Part shown: positions 33,888-43,078 of the stretch, one piece after another
Numbering within the stretch: the first letter of the stretch is position 1
Layout: each line of letters starts with the position of its first letter
Virus record (IMG/VR): IMGVR_UViG_3300042935_001404
Origin: a virus
Lineage: Duplodnaviria > Caudoviricetes
Length of the DNA stretch: 64,000 nucleotides
Strand: one strand, 5' to 3'
Position numbers and translations under genes: made by a program
The notes under the pieces: model-generated
The model's database searches: none
Seen by the model: the letters and a program-made list of their open reading frames with translations, nothing else
What the model was told of the DNA's origin: nothing

Positions 33888-33916
33888 ATTGTATAGGTTT
33901 ATTTATACAAGGTCAA
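33888..33916 (-). promoter_or_regulatory. Dual promoter: TTGACC-N17-TACAAT with an embedded TATAAATA (33900-33907)
   Basis: Both consensus elements upstream of the leader peptide. Confidence 0.75.
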
Positions 33917-33974
33917 CCACTTGGTTGTTCAAAATGCAAATTTTTTTCAAGATATTTGCCTTAATAAGTACACT

Positions 33975-35069
33975 ATGCAACAAGCATTCAACGGAGTACA
34001 CAGCGGCGAGATTTGGAATCAAAGCCAATGTCTAGTACACGAATACAACATCAATAACACAATATATCAAACACTACGCGATACCGGGTTTAGTGTAACT
34101 GACAATCCACGGATATGGAAAAAATCAAACCAAACAGTGATCGTTTGCCTGGTTGACGATATACGAAGTTGTAGTACAGACTATCACAGTGACTTGCCCT
34201 ACTTGTTTGATGCCAATACCACAGTCATAACCGACAACTATATCACTTGTCCCACGCAGTACCATGTGATAAGATTGCCCGCTAGTTTCTTGGGAATCTA
34301 TCACTATGTGCCCAGCAACCAAACATGGCAGCCAGAACGAGATTTTTCTTTTGCAGTAAATCGAATTGACCAACGCAGATTTATGCTGATGTTGGAAATC
34401 GGACTCAGAGTACATTTGCACAAAGGCCATGTAAATTTCAACTGTTATCGTCCAGGAAATTCCGTAGTGTCAGACCCTGCTCTTATTTCCACAACCCGGG
34501 CATTAGAACATTGGAATAACCATTGGAACCAGACCAGCAACGAAGACAAATCAAAATATCAAAAAAGTTATGAATTGCTAACAGCACAAATGCCTGTGCG
34601 CAATTATGAAATAGAACATGATGAAATTTTTAATCGGTCATATGTTAACATTGTGGCCGAAACCTACAGCAGTGACAACAACATATCACTGAGTGAAAAA
34701 ATATTCAGAGCATTGGTAACACCTGCTCCGTGGACCGTATCGTCGGGTCGATACACAGTGGCCTATTTAACTAGCTTGGGATTTGATACTGTGTCAGATC
34801 TAATAGACCACAACCATTACGATAGACTAATAGAAGTGCAAGAGAAGCAACGCATATTTGTATGGAAAAGCCTTGAAACTATTAAATCATTGAAGTCTCA
34901 AGATCTAACTCTGCTACAAGACAGATGTCAACGTGCTGCCACACACAATCAAACTGTATTGGCCGCAATGGCTGCTCGGTGGCCCAATGATTTTGCTCAG
35001 TGGATCAGCATACTTACACAAACGCTAACCAATCCACAGGCGATCGAACCCATTCAGTGTCAAATTTAA
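33975..35069 (+). CDS. Putative GT-B/GT10-like glycan-modifying protein, paralog 4
   Basis: YVNIVAETY...LSEKIFRALVTPAPW...LGFDTV (ORF track start 33921). Confidence 0.55.
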   Translation: MQQAFNGVHSGEIWNQSQCLVHEYNINNTIYQTLRDTGFSVTDNPRIWKKSNQTVIVCLVDDIRSCSTDYHSDLPYLFDANTTVITDNYITCPTQYHVIRLPASFLGIYHYVPSNQTWQPERDFSFAVNRIDQRRFMLMLEIGLRVHLHKGHVNFNCYRPGNSVVSDPALISTTRALEHWNNHWNQTSNEDKSKYQKSYELLTAQMPVRNYEIEHDEIFNRSYVNIVAETYSSDNNISLSEKIFRALVTPAPWTVSSGRYTVAYLTSLGFDTVSDLIDHNHYDRLIEVQEKQRIFVWKSLETIKSLKSQDLTLLQDRCQRAATHNQTVLAAMAARWPNDFAQWISILTQTLTNPQAIEPIQCQI

Positions 35070-35667
35070 AATTCTTAACTTGACCGTCAAGATAATTTTG
35101 CATCATTGTCAATCTAAGATCAATGTTATGTAGATGATGTGTAGTGCTGTGATCGCCAATTTCCAGCCAATCAAGTCCATGGTCGGCACCAGGCTGGGAA
35201 GGTGTAACTAATATTGTTGTATGGTTAGTATCAAACTTGATCAATCTTATCAAGTCTTGATCGTTGTTAATTTGCTGCCAAGTGTTGTATTGTACAGCGT
35301 TCGATGCTGTGCATGTTATAACAACACTGACTGTGGATATTTTGGGATTTAGTTGCAGTGTCATCAGTCGTGTGTCGCCACAATCAACTATGTACTGTTC
35401 ATGTTGTTGGTGTATCAACAAGGGCTTTCGTATGGGCTCTTTGTGTAAATTTTGATAAAAATAGTTGACCCGCAGTAATTTTGCAATTTCGTTTTGCAGT
35501 CCTGCTGGCCAAGACAACAAATCAGTGCCATACAAATCTAATGCTTGATTTACCACAGAACAAGATCCTTCGAGTGTCTGTACCGGAGTTAGTTGTGCAA
35601 TGGGAAATGCTGGATGGTAAAACATGCAGTATGTTGACCCAAGTGCTGTTTTTATTATATCTGTCAT
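35014..35667 (-). CDS. Hypothetical protein
   Basis: Start refined to MTDII; upstream part overlaps the + strand gene. Confidence 0.6.
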   Translation of the reverse strand: MTDIIKTALGSTYCMFYHPAFPIAQLTPVQTLEGSCSVVNQALDLYGTDLLSWPAGLQNEIAKLLRVNYFYQNLHKEPIRKPLLIHQQHEQYIVDCGDTRLMTLQLNPKISTVSVVITCTASNAVQYNTWQQINNDQDLIRLIKFDTNHTTILVTPSQPGADHGLDWLEIGDHSTTHHLHNIDLRLTMMQNYLDGQVKNFKFDTEWVRSPVDWLAFV

Positions 35668-35694
35668 ATTGGTATTTACTTGTAAATATAAACA

Positions 35695-36624
35695 ATGATT
35701 GAAATACACGGTCCTACTTACACCTACTCTGGCGAGATTCTGTCCAGCCCCGAAATTATTTTGGTTCGTGACCACCACTATAATCCCGACGAACATTGTT
35801 ATCATGTGGAAAAATTATTGGAAAACAGTTCATGTGATCCGCAACAGCATCTGTTGGTATTTGATCACGTCAATATGCAAGAAGGATTAACCCAATATCC
35901 GCATGTTTGTTTACCTATGTTTTTGGCCCGAGAAAATAAAGAATTTATACATCAAGACATACAACCAGATTGGAGTTGTAAAACAACTACATTCAACTTT
36001 ATGATCAACAAACCCAGACCCAACAGACGTCGATTGTTGGCATTAATCGAACAACATAAATTAACCAATTATTGTCATTCTCTTGCGTGGAAAACAAATG
36101 ACATTAATACCATACCTGTAACCAACTATGTCTTTGGCCCCGAAGTTGCAATGGATCAAGGAGTTCGTAACGGTTCATTTAAAAATGCACACACCTATAA
36201 TAAATTGTTGCAGAAAACAGTGTTTGAGCCTGCTTGTGTTTCTTTGATAACTGAACCTGCGTATTATGAAAAAGAAACTATAGTAACAGAAAAGACGTTG
36301 ATGGCATTGTATGCAGGAACTATTCCAATTTGGGTTGGCGGTTGGCGCATAGCAGATTATATGGCCAGCATGGGATTTGATGTGTTTAATGACATTGTTG
36401 ATCATAGTTACCAAAGCGAACCAGATCCTGAACTGCGATGCAACTATGCTGTAGAACGCAATCTTGAACTGTTGACAAATTTTGATCTAGCTTTTGTCAG
36501 CATTGAGTTAACACGCCTACAGCACAATTATGATCTGTTACAACAAAATGTTTTTTTAAAAGATGTGCTAGAAAAAACTCAACGATCAGAGTTACAGTCA
36601 ATAGTTGCGCAGGAACTTTTCTAG
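35695..36624 (+). CDS. Putative GT-B/GT10-like glycan-modifying protein, paralog 5
   Basis: VSLITEPAY...VTEKTLMALYAGTIPI...MGFDVFNDIVDHSY. Confidence 0.55.
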   Translation: MIEIHGPTYTYSGEILSSPEIILVRDHHYNPDEHCYHVEKLLENSSCDPQQHLLVFDHVNMQEGLTQYPHVCLPMFLARENKEFIHQDIQPDWSCKTTTFNFMINKPRPNRRRLLALIEQHKLTNYCHSLAWKTNDINTIPVTNYVFGPEVAMDQGVRNGSFKNAHTYNKLLQKTVFEPACVSLITEPAYYEKETIVTEKTLMALYAGTIPIWVGGWRIADYMASMGFDVFNDIVDHSYQSEPDPELRCNYAVERNLELLTNFDLAFVSIELTRLQHNYDLLQQNVFLKDVLEKTQRSELQSIVAQELF

Positions 36625-36963
36625 ATCACCATACAGTTGTGACATGACTGCTTCGCGACTACCAAACATATAAACACTGGTTGGTATGCGTTTGTCAATT
36701 CTAATATAATACGGACTTTGCAGTTTGCGATCAAGAGTTAACACAATGCGTCGATTGCCCGGGGTTGGTTTGATCTCTAGTTCATAATGTGCTAAATCTA
36801 ACACACGACTGAACACATAAAATCCATGTTCGGTAAGACGCAGGCCACCGGTCTTACGAATGTTTGCCCACCAAGTCTTGACAGCAACTTCAACGGGCTC
36901 GGCAAATTCTTCTGGCAGATTGGCCACCAGTGCTTGGGTTAATTTTAGTTTATCACGCACCAC
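36598..36963 (-). CDS. Hypothetical phage protein (GGLRLT motif)
   Basis: Operonic ORF. Confidence 0.7.
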   Translation of the reverse strand: MVRDKLKLTQALVANLPEEFAEPVEVAVKTWWANIRKTGGLRLTEHGFYVFSRVLDLAHYELEIKPTPGNRRIVLTLDRKLQSPYYIRIDKRIPTSVYMFGSREAVMSQLYGDLEKFLRNY

Positions 36964-37249
36964 TGGGCTGAACTGTGTCGCCCTGGGTCAACAATACCAC
37001 AGTGAACTTGTCGGTCTTGAACTGTGCGTTTAGTTTCTTTGAAAGATTGTGTGCATGGCCGGGATTGGAGAAACTGACTTTCTTGTACTTGGGCCCAGGG
37101 TGTTGCACCAACATGTTGCTGGTTTTGAGATTAATAGGAGAGTTGTTGTAGAACACAGCCCACACCCCTGCTGACGATAAAACCTGTTCAGTTTTGTACG
37201 TGGTTTTATTTGTCAGTTCTAGAATAACTTTGGGTTTTGGTCTTGACAT
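36953..37249 (-). CDS. Hypothetical phage protein (MSRPKP...KYKKVSFSNPGHA)
   Basis: AGGAG SD, operonic. Confidence 0.75.
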   Translation of the reverse strand: MSRPKPKVILELTNKTTYKTEQVLSSAGVWAVFYNNSPINLKTSNMLVQHPGPKYKKVSFSNPGHAHNLSKKLNAQFKTDKFTVVLLTQGDTVQPSGA

Positions 37250-37292
37250 TCATTAAACTCCTACATTTATTTATGACAAATATAGGGACTTT

Positions 37293-37499
37293 TTAAAATG
37301 CTCCACCCTTCATTTCCACTGTAATTTCGCTTTCTTGTGCGGCATTTACAGCAGATTCTCTTGCGGCCTGTAGTGCGATCAACAGCCTTGTGAGGTCAGC
37401 ATGGAGATCCTTGGCATCTTTGATGGGCATGGTAAAGTCTCTGGCACCACGTGCTTCAAATCCTTGAAGACGTTCGATAAATCGTTGAATGTGTATCAT
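37293..37499 (-). CDS. Small hypothetical protein
   Basis: Overlaps the stop of the upstream gene. Confidence 0.6.
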   Translation of the reverse strand: MIHIQRFIERLQGFEARGARDFTMPIKDAKDLHADLTRLLIALQAARESAVNAAQESEITVEMKGGAF

Positions 37500-37864
37500 C
37501 TTGTCAAGTATCCTTTTAAGTCTGGCGGAGTCCATCCCTGAGGCTTGAGCACTTTGCCATCTTCGCGTTTACGCACCCGGCCTGTTTCGCGATCAACCTT
37601 GGCAAAGTTGGTTGCCATAACTTCTTTCCATGCACCTTCGCCATCAAAGCCTGCTGAATGAATGGCTCCAATTGTAACAACCAAGATGTCAATCAGTGCA
37701 TCCAGTTGTTCAGTCAAGTCGTTGGCTTCGACGGCTTCTCGAAGTTCTCGATGCTCTTCGTCTATTAGATTCAAATACATCTTATATTGTGAAATAGAGT
37801 AGGCATCGACCTTTTGGTCACAGGCCTTCATGAACTTTTCTTGATCTCGGAATGGATTTGTCAT
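37496..37864 (-). CDS. MazG/PRA-PH-like nucleoside triphosphate pyrophosphohydrolase
   Basis: EEHRELREA...EQLDALIDILVV, TNFAK, REDGKVLKP. Confidence 0.85.
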   Translation of the reverse strand: MTNPFRDQEKFMKACDQKVDAYSISQYKMYLNLIDEEHRELREAVEANDLTEQLDALIDILVVTIGAIHSAGFDGEGAWKEVMATNFAKVDRETGRVRKREDGKVLKPQGWTPPDLKGYLTR

Positions 37865-38298
37865 AGTGTCACTTGTTCTTTGTTCTTAAATGGGCCTTGG
37901 TAAGGATAGCGTTGTAGTGCAATCAGTTTGGGATCCTGAATGATCTTCCAATTTCGTCCACGCTTGATAGAATACCATCCTGCGGCAAACCAACTTTTGC
38001 TTTTGGCAGTCTTGGTGTAGATTGGCAAGTGATGCACCACGTCCCACACAGGATTATAACAACGACCTGCTACCGGATATCCGTGTACAGAGGTATTGTC
38101 AGGTTTGGATGTTGTTTGTTCTTTGGCAAATACAATGTTTGATTCTTTGGCCGCAAGTTTGATTGTTTTAAATTGCTTGACTTGATTGTTGATACGAACT
38201 TGATATCCGCCATTCCATGCTTCGATGTTGCCAACTTTGCGATCATCTTCTTGTAAGATCCAAAACTGTTTGTCTGCTACGACTTTAGCTACTAACAT
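37861..38298 (-). CDS. Hypothetical phage protein
   Basis: Operonic ORF. Confidence 0.7.
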   Translation of the reverse strand: MLVAKVVADKQFWILQEDDRKVGNIEAWNGGYQVRINNQVKQFKTIKLAAKESNIVFAKEQTTSKPDNTSVHGYPVAGRCYNPVWDVVHHLPIYTKTAKSKSWFAAGWYSIKRGRNWKIIQDPKLIALQRYPYQGPFKNKEQVTL

Positions 38299-39292
38299 TT
38301 AAAACTCCTTTATATGTTTCATTCAACCAACGGCCAAACCCTTCGGCGTTTTCACTACATCGTACTAGATCATACTTGCCGCAAAATTGCATAAACCTTA
38401 CGCCCACCTGTCCGATATCCTTGTGCGAGATCTGTTCAATGATAGCAAGATCCACTGTGTCTTTTACTGCCTGTGGTTGATGTGTAAGATCAATCAACTG
38501 ACGATTGCGTTCATAGTCATCCAACACACGATGTTCTTCACCGTTATGGTCTGTCCATCTTTGCAACATCATGTTGTTCCAGTTGTAGCCTTTGGTTGTA
38601 CGGTCTGCAAATGCTTCTTGTAGACCCACCTTGTTCTTGGTGCCTTTTGTTCGCACACCAGGAAATGCAGAGAACACATTGTCGCTGGTATCGCCACGCA
38701 TACATTTTTCGAACAACAACCATGCAGGATCAGGAATCTGTTTGGGTTCCTTGGTCTTCTTATCAACTACAGGTCTACCTTTGGCATCATAAATGCCTTC
38801 TGTGGTGATAAGTTCGTCTGTGATACCATTGTATTGTTTTACGTTTGCGGCCAGCAACTGCACAAAATCTGTGTCGCTACTGATCACAATGTGTTCGTCT
38901 TGGGGATGTAGGGTAATCCAACGGGCAATAATGTCATCGCCCTCTGCAGTGGGACATCGAATCACACTGCAATTGGTTCTTTCTGACAAGTATTTAGTCA
39001 AATTATCATACGTTTCCCAGAACATTTTATCTTCTTCTGCTTCTGTTTCTGTAAGAGCGGCACGGGCTACAGCACGGTTTGCTTTGTAGGGTTTGTAGTG
39101 ATCTTTGCGCCAGCTACGTCCCTCCAGTGCAAAAACAACATGGTCTGCTTCAAAACGTTTAACAACCTTGTTAGCACTCATCAGCGTTGTGTGCAGTGCT
39201 ACCCCAACTTTTTCCCATGGATCTGACGCACGAAATGCAGTGTGCCTTGCACGAAAAAACATATTAGCTGTGTCAATTAACACATAACGCAT
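38285..39292 (-). CDS. rnh: RNase H / 5'-3' exonuclease (T4 RNase H-FEN family)
   Basis: VLIDTAN, SWRKDHY-PYKANR, AEGDD, ISSDTDF-QL, GDTSDN. Confidence 0.9.
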   Translation of the reverse strand: MRYVLIDTANMFFRARHTAFRASDPWEKVGVALHTTLMSANKVVKRFEADHVVFALEGRSWRKDHYKPYKANRAVARAALTETEAEEDKMFWETYDNLTKYLSERTNCSVIRCPTAEGDDIIARWITLHPQDEHIVISSDTDFVQLLAANVKQYNGITDELITTEGIYDAKGRPVVDKKTKEPKQIPDPAWLLFEKCMRGDTSDNVFSAFPGVRTKGTKNKVGLQEAFADRTTKGYNWNNMMLQRWTDHNGEEHRVLDDYERNRQLIDLTHQPQAVKDTVDLAIIEQISHKDIGQVGVRFMQFCGKYDLVRCSENAEGFGRWLNETYKGVLNVSS

Positions 39293-39300
39293 AGAGAACC

Positions 39301-40002
39301 TTAGACTTTGTTGTGGGTATTGATATATTGTAACATAAAACGATTCCAAAAGCTATGGCCATCCTTGCCAAAATGCCATGAATTGGGTGCAACTGTTTCT
39401 ATTCCTGCGGCTCTGATTCGAGCATTATATGTGCCTTCTGAGTTATACGGGTCAATGTAACTGTTGCCCCATTTTTTTGGTTTCTTAATACTACTAAAAT
39501 CATTATTACCATTGAAGAAGATATGATTAACACCCAGTTTGTTTAGTTCGGTATGTAACTTCCAAATTTCATCGTGTGCTTGTTGAGTTTTTTGTTTCCA
39601 ATCTACACTGACTACAAACTCTTTGTAGCGTTGTTTATGCTTGTCGGGAACATCATCCTGGCCACTGGCACCAATTTGGTAATATACTCCGTCAATCAAC
39701 CATTCTTCTCGTTCCCAGGTGCTCCACTGTATTACCATCAGCACTTCTTCAACATGATGTATTTTTTTTAACCAATCTCTGGTTGTGCGTAAAATTCTAG
39801 TGTTACTGCTGGCACTTTCAGCATCACAGTGAAAACTGGCTCGTAGTGCATCGCTTAACCGCCTGCCCCAACTCACTGCTAAATTTTCTGGATGCGGAGC
39901 ACGACCCATGTAAAACAACTGTCCATCGTCCATGGCAAATGCATGCGGATTAACTGCTTCGGCAGCCGCAGTGTGGCTATCACCGTTTACATAAAGAATC
40001 AT
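39301..40002 (-). CDS. SGNH/GDSL-like protein
   Basis: LYVNGDSHT, SASSN, QWSTWER, WHFGKDGH. Confidence 0.65.
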   Translation of the reverse strand: MILYVNGDSHTAAAEAVNPHAFAMDDGQLFYMGRAPHPENLAVSWGRRLSDALRASFHCDAESASSNTRILRTTRDWLKKIHHVEEVLMVIQWSTWEREEWLIDGVYYQIGASGQDDVPDKHKQRYKEFVVSVDWKQKTQQAHDEIWKLHTELNKLGVNHIFFNGNNDFSSIKKPKKWGNSYIDPYNSEGTYNARIRAAGIETVAPNSWHFGKDGHSFWNRFMLQYINTHNKV

Positions 40003-40685
40003 ACAATGTTGTGTTTTGTAATATGGTCATGCATGACATTTGCCCATTGAGTGTGAGCCGCACTTTCGTAGTGTTGCCATCCTGGAGTTATTTCTTTATA
40101 ACCTTGGCGCTGGCACCATTCAGTGTAGATTAATTCTTTAGAGTAAGGTGTTAAAAATGCATTGTTCCAGTCAAGTTGGTTTACTTCACTTGGCAAAATA
40201 AACTCATCAAACGCATTGAAAAACAAATGCGGAATTTTTTTGTACTCTAACAACTTGTGTATGTTAAAAATTTTATTGTGCCAATAAGCACCTTGTACCA
40301 ACCGCCAGTAACCATCAGGTTGCACATTTTCAACATAATGTTTGTATCGATCTTTATATTCCTCAGGAACAGGAATACCTACTCCAATTTGGTTTATTTC
40401 CCAAAATCGTCCCTTGCCCCACTCGTCAACTAAAAACCATTGTACGCGATTAAACTGTGTCCATCCAACCACTACTAGATCAGGTTTTGGACTGCTGGGA
40501 TTGTTTAAAAAATCCAGTGTTTGTTCGTAAATTAAATCATTACTTGCACCCGGGGTTGCATCGTTGATAAATTTTGTTTTGTATTGCCCGTTGAATCTTT
40601 CGGCTAACTTAGGTGCCATTCCGTGAGTAGACTCCGGCAACTCTGTACCTGCTACGTTACTATCACCGTTGAAATATATCAGCAT
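39999..40685 (-). CDS. SGNH/GDSL-like protein
   Basis: IYFNGDSN, PGASN, GWTQFNR, QHYESAAH. Confidence 0.65.
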   Translation of the reverse strand: MLIYFNGDSNVAGTELPESTHGMAPKLAERFNGQYKTKFINDATPGASNDLIYEQTLDFLNNPSSPKPDLVVVGWTQFNRVQWFLVDEWGKGRFWEINQIGVGIPVPEEYKDRYKHYVENVQPDGYWRLVQGAYWHNKIFNIHKLLEYKKIPHLFFNAFDEFILPSEVNQLDWNNAFLTPYSKELIYTEWCQRQGYKEITPGWQHYESAAHTQWANVMHDHITKHNIV

Positions 40686-41068
40686 TATGACACTTCGGAT
40701 CGGCCATCCCCTATGTCGCGACTTTTCACCACACGATTGGGATTGTTTGCCATTTCTTGTTCCCATGTTTCCATCACAACATGACGACAAACATTCTGGA
40801 ACCAACGATCAACAATGTCTGAATCTTTGTCGTCGGGTTTGCCTTGATATCCAGCACGAATCAAATTGGCAACAAACTTGTCGTTCCAGTCCAGTTCAAA
40901 TGCACCTTGATGCATGTTCTCGGGATCCACTTGCATGCTGAGAATTGCCACATAGGGCTCGCCTTTTTCTGTGGCAATTTCTTTTTCAGTTTTTACTGGT
41001 ACCTTGGGCTTGGGATCAGCCTTGGGTTTAGGTTCAGGTTTCTTTTTAAATCTATCAAAAAATCCCAT
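40685..41068 (-). CDS. Hypothetical phage protein (AFELDWND motif)
   Basis: Operonic ORF. Confidence 0.7.
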   Translation of the reverse strand: MGFFDRFKKKPEPKPKADPKPKVPVKTEKEIATEKGEPYVAILSMQVDPENMHQGAFELDWNDKFVANLIRAGYQGKPDDKDSDIVDRWFQNVCRHVVMETWEQEMANNPNRVVKSRDIGDGRSEVS

Positions 41069-41077
41069 ATAGTTTCC

Positions 41078-42178
41078 TTAGAATAAATCCACAGTTTCCC
41101 AAGGCAAATAGTTTTTGCCAAAGTGTCCGTAGTTGGTTGTGCTACTGTAGATAGGACGGAAGAGATCAAATCGTTCAATAATGCCTAGAGGTGTTAGATC
41201 AACGTTGTCTTGCACCCACTTGGTCAATTCACGACTTTGTGGTTTGTGGTCTGTTTCGACGTAAAAGCTCATGGGCTGTGCCATGCCAATAGCATAACTG
41301 ATCTGTACAGTTGCCCAATCTGCTCGACCACTGGCCACAATGTTCTTGGCAATCCAACGTGTCAAGTAGGCAGCACTTCGATCAACCTTAGTGGGATCTT
41401 TTCCTGAGAAAGCCCCGCCACCATGAGGACTATACCCGCCGTATGTATCCACAATAATCTTGCGACCAGTAAGCCCAGTGTCACCATCAGGACCACCAAC
41501 GACAAATCTACCAGTGGGGTTAATATAAAATTCGGTTTGATTATCAACATAATTTTTAGGAAGAATATTACGGATAATTGATTCTACTTTGTTGCGGAGT
41601 AACGCTGTTTCAATATCATCGCTATGTTGCGTAGAACAAACAACTTTAGCAACACGTTTGGGTGTGCCAGCATCATTGTACTCAAATGTCACTTGGCTCT
41701 TGGCATCTGGGCCTAGCCATTCAATGCCCAGTTCCTTGCGTTGTCGTGCAAGTTCTTCCACAATACGATGGCTCCAATAAATGGCACTGGGCATGTGTGT
41801 ATCGGTTTCGTTACAAGCATATCCAAACATCAGTCCTTGATCGCCTGCACCGAATGTATCTGTGCCCAGTGCAATGTCTGCACTTTGACCATGTAACAAA
41901 TTGGTGATCTCAACAGTGCGCCAATCAAACCCAGACTGTTCATACCCAACGTCTTTGATAACTCTGCGTACTGCTGATTCAACTTCTTCGGCATGTAAGA
42001 TGCCTTTGTATTCGCCAGCAACCACAACACGATTGGTAGTCACTAGTGTTTCACAAGCACAGCGTAGTGCAGGATTTTCCTTGGACATTACCAAGTCCAG
42101 AACAGCATCGCTAATAGCATCTGCAATTTTATCCGGATGTCCTTCGGATACACTTTCACTTGTAAATAGATAACTCAT
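41078..42178 (-). CDS. metK: S-adenosylmethionine synthetase
   Basis: FTSESVSEGHPDK, GAGDQG, GGPDGDTGLTGRKIIVDTYGG, GGAFSGKDPTKVDRS. Confidence 0.97.
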   Translation of the reverse strand: MSYLFTSESVSEGHPDKIADAISDAVLDLVMSKENPALRCACETLVTTNRVVVAGEYKGILHAEEVESAVRRVIKDVGYEQSGFDWRTVEITNLLHGQSADIALGTDTFGAGDQGLMFGYACNETDTHMPSAIYWSHRIVEELARQRKELGIEWLGPDAKSQVTFEYNDAGTPKRVAKVVCSTQHSDDIETALLRNKVESIIRNILPKNYVDNQTEFYINPTGRFVVGGPDGDTGLTGRKIIVDTYGGYSPHGGGAFSGKDPTKVDRSAAYLTRWIAKNIVASGRADWATVQISYAIGMAQPMSFYVETDHKPQSRELTKWVQDNVDLTPLGIIERFDLFRPIYSSTTNYGHFGKNYLPWETVDLF

Positions 42179-42188
42179 TAATTTCCTT

Positions 42189-43043
42189 TTATTTTCCCCA
42201 TCCGTTACCCCACAGATCAACGTGCAATCTTGGAGTATAGTAGTATCCACGCACAAGTGCCCAGTCTGCAACATTCACACGGTTCTCTGCATATGGAGCA
42301 ACAACACCACCTTGTGGCATAACATATACCACGCCTTCAAATCCTGCGGCACGATAAGCGGCCACAGCACGATCTACTTCTTCAAAGTGTACTTCGCTGT
42401 CAATCACAAACTTAAGATACACAGTACCAAAGTTTTGATAGTCTGCCACAATCTCGGGTTTAATTGCCTCTGCCCATGCTTCTCCGCTGGCACTGAGTTT
42501 GGGACTTACAGAGAATGTAAGTTCATTGTGTCCTGCCAGCCATGTGTTAAGATATTCTCTAAACTTGGGCTGTAACTTTTGAGTACCATTGGTCTCAAAT
42601 GTAACATTCTTAATGCCACGCATATCGTCATGATCAAACAAGTCTTGATATGTACGTTGCCATCCCAGCAATGGCTCACCGCCTGTGATCACAAGATGTG
42701 TGTCATTGCCTGTGCGATTGGTCCAACGACGGTCAGGAATCAAGTCTAGCATTTTGTTTACTAGTTCATCAATCTCATATGTAGGGCTAAGTTCTTTGAA
42801 GTCTGGATGCCAACTTGCATAACTGTCGCAACCGGTGTTCACAAGCGGCAGTTCTTCAAATGTTTTATACAAGTGTACACTCTTGGCAACTTCATCTGCT
42901 TCTGTGCTTTTCTCCCCAGGCCGGCACCCGAAACCTGCACAGGTAAAGTTACAGCCAAATGTGCGTAAAAACACACTGGGTACACCAATAAAGCGACCTT
43001 CGCCTTGTGCCGAATAGAATAGTTCTGATACTTTTAATTTCAT
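42189..43043 (-). CDS. queE: 7-carboxy-7-deazaguanine synthase (radical SAM)
   Basis: SELFYSAQGEG, FLRTFGCNFTC...GCDS, VITGGEPLL, ETNGT, SVSPKL, RLHVDLWG. Confidence 0.92.
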   Translation of the reverse strand: MKLKVSELFYSAQGEGRFIGVPSVFLRTFGCNFTCAGFGCRPGEKSTEADEVAKSVHLYKTFEELPLVNTGCDSYASWHPDFKELSPTYEIDELVNKMLDLIPDRRWTNRTGNDTHLVITGGEPLLGWQRTYQDLFDHDDMRGIKNVTFETNGTQKLQPKFREYLNTWLAGHNELTFSVSPKLSASGEAWAEAIKPEIVADYQNFGTVYLKFVIDSEVHFEEVDRAVAAYRAAGFEGVVYVMPQGGVVAPYAENRVNVADWALVRGYYYTPRLHVDLWGNGWGK

Positions 43044-43048
43044 ATGCT

Positions 43049-43078
43049 ATTATATACTAATCAGTTAAGACTTGTCAA
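43049..43078 (-). promoter_or_regulatory. Sigma70-type promoter TTGACA-N18-TATAAT upstream of queE
   Basis: Consensus match. Confidence 0.7.
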
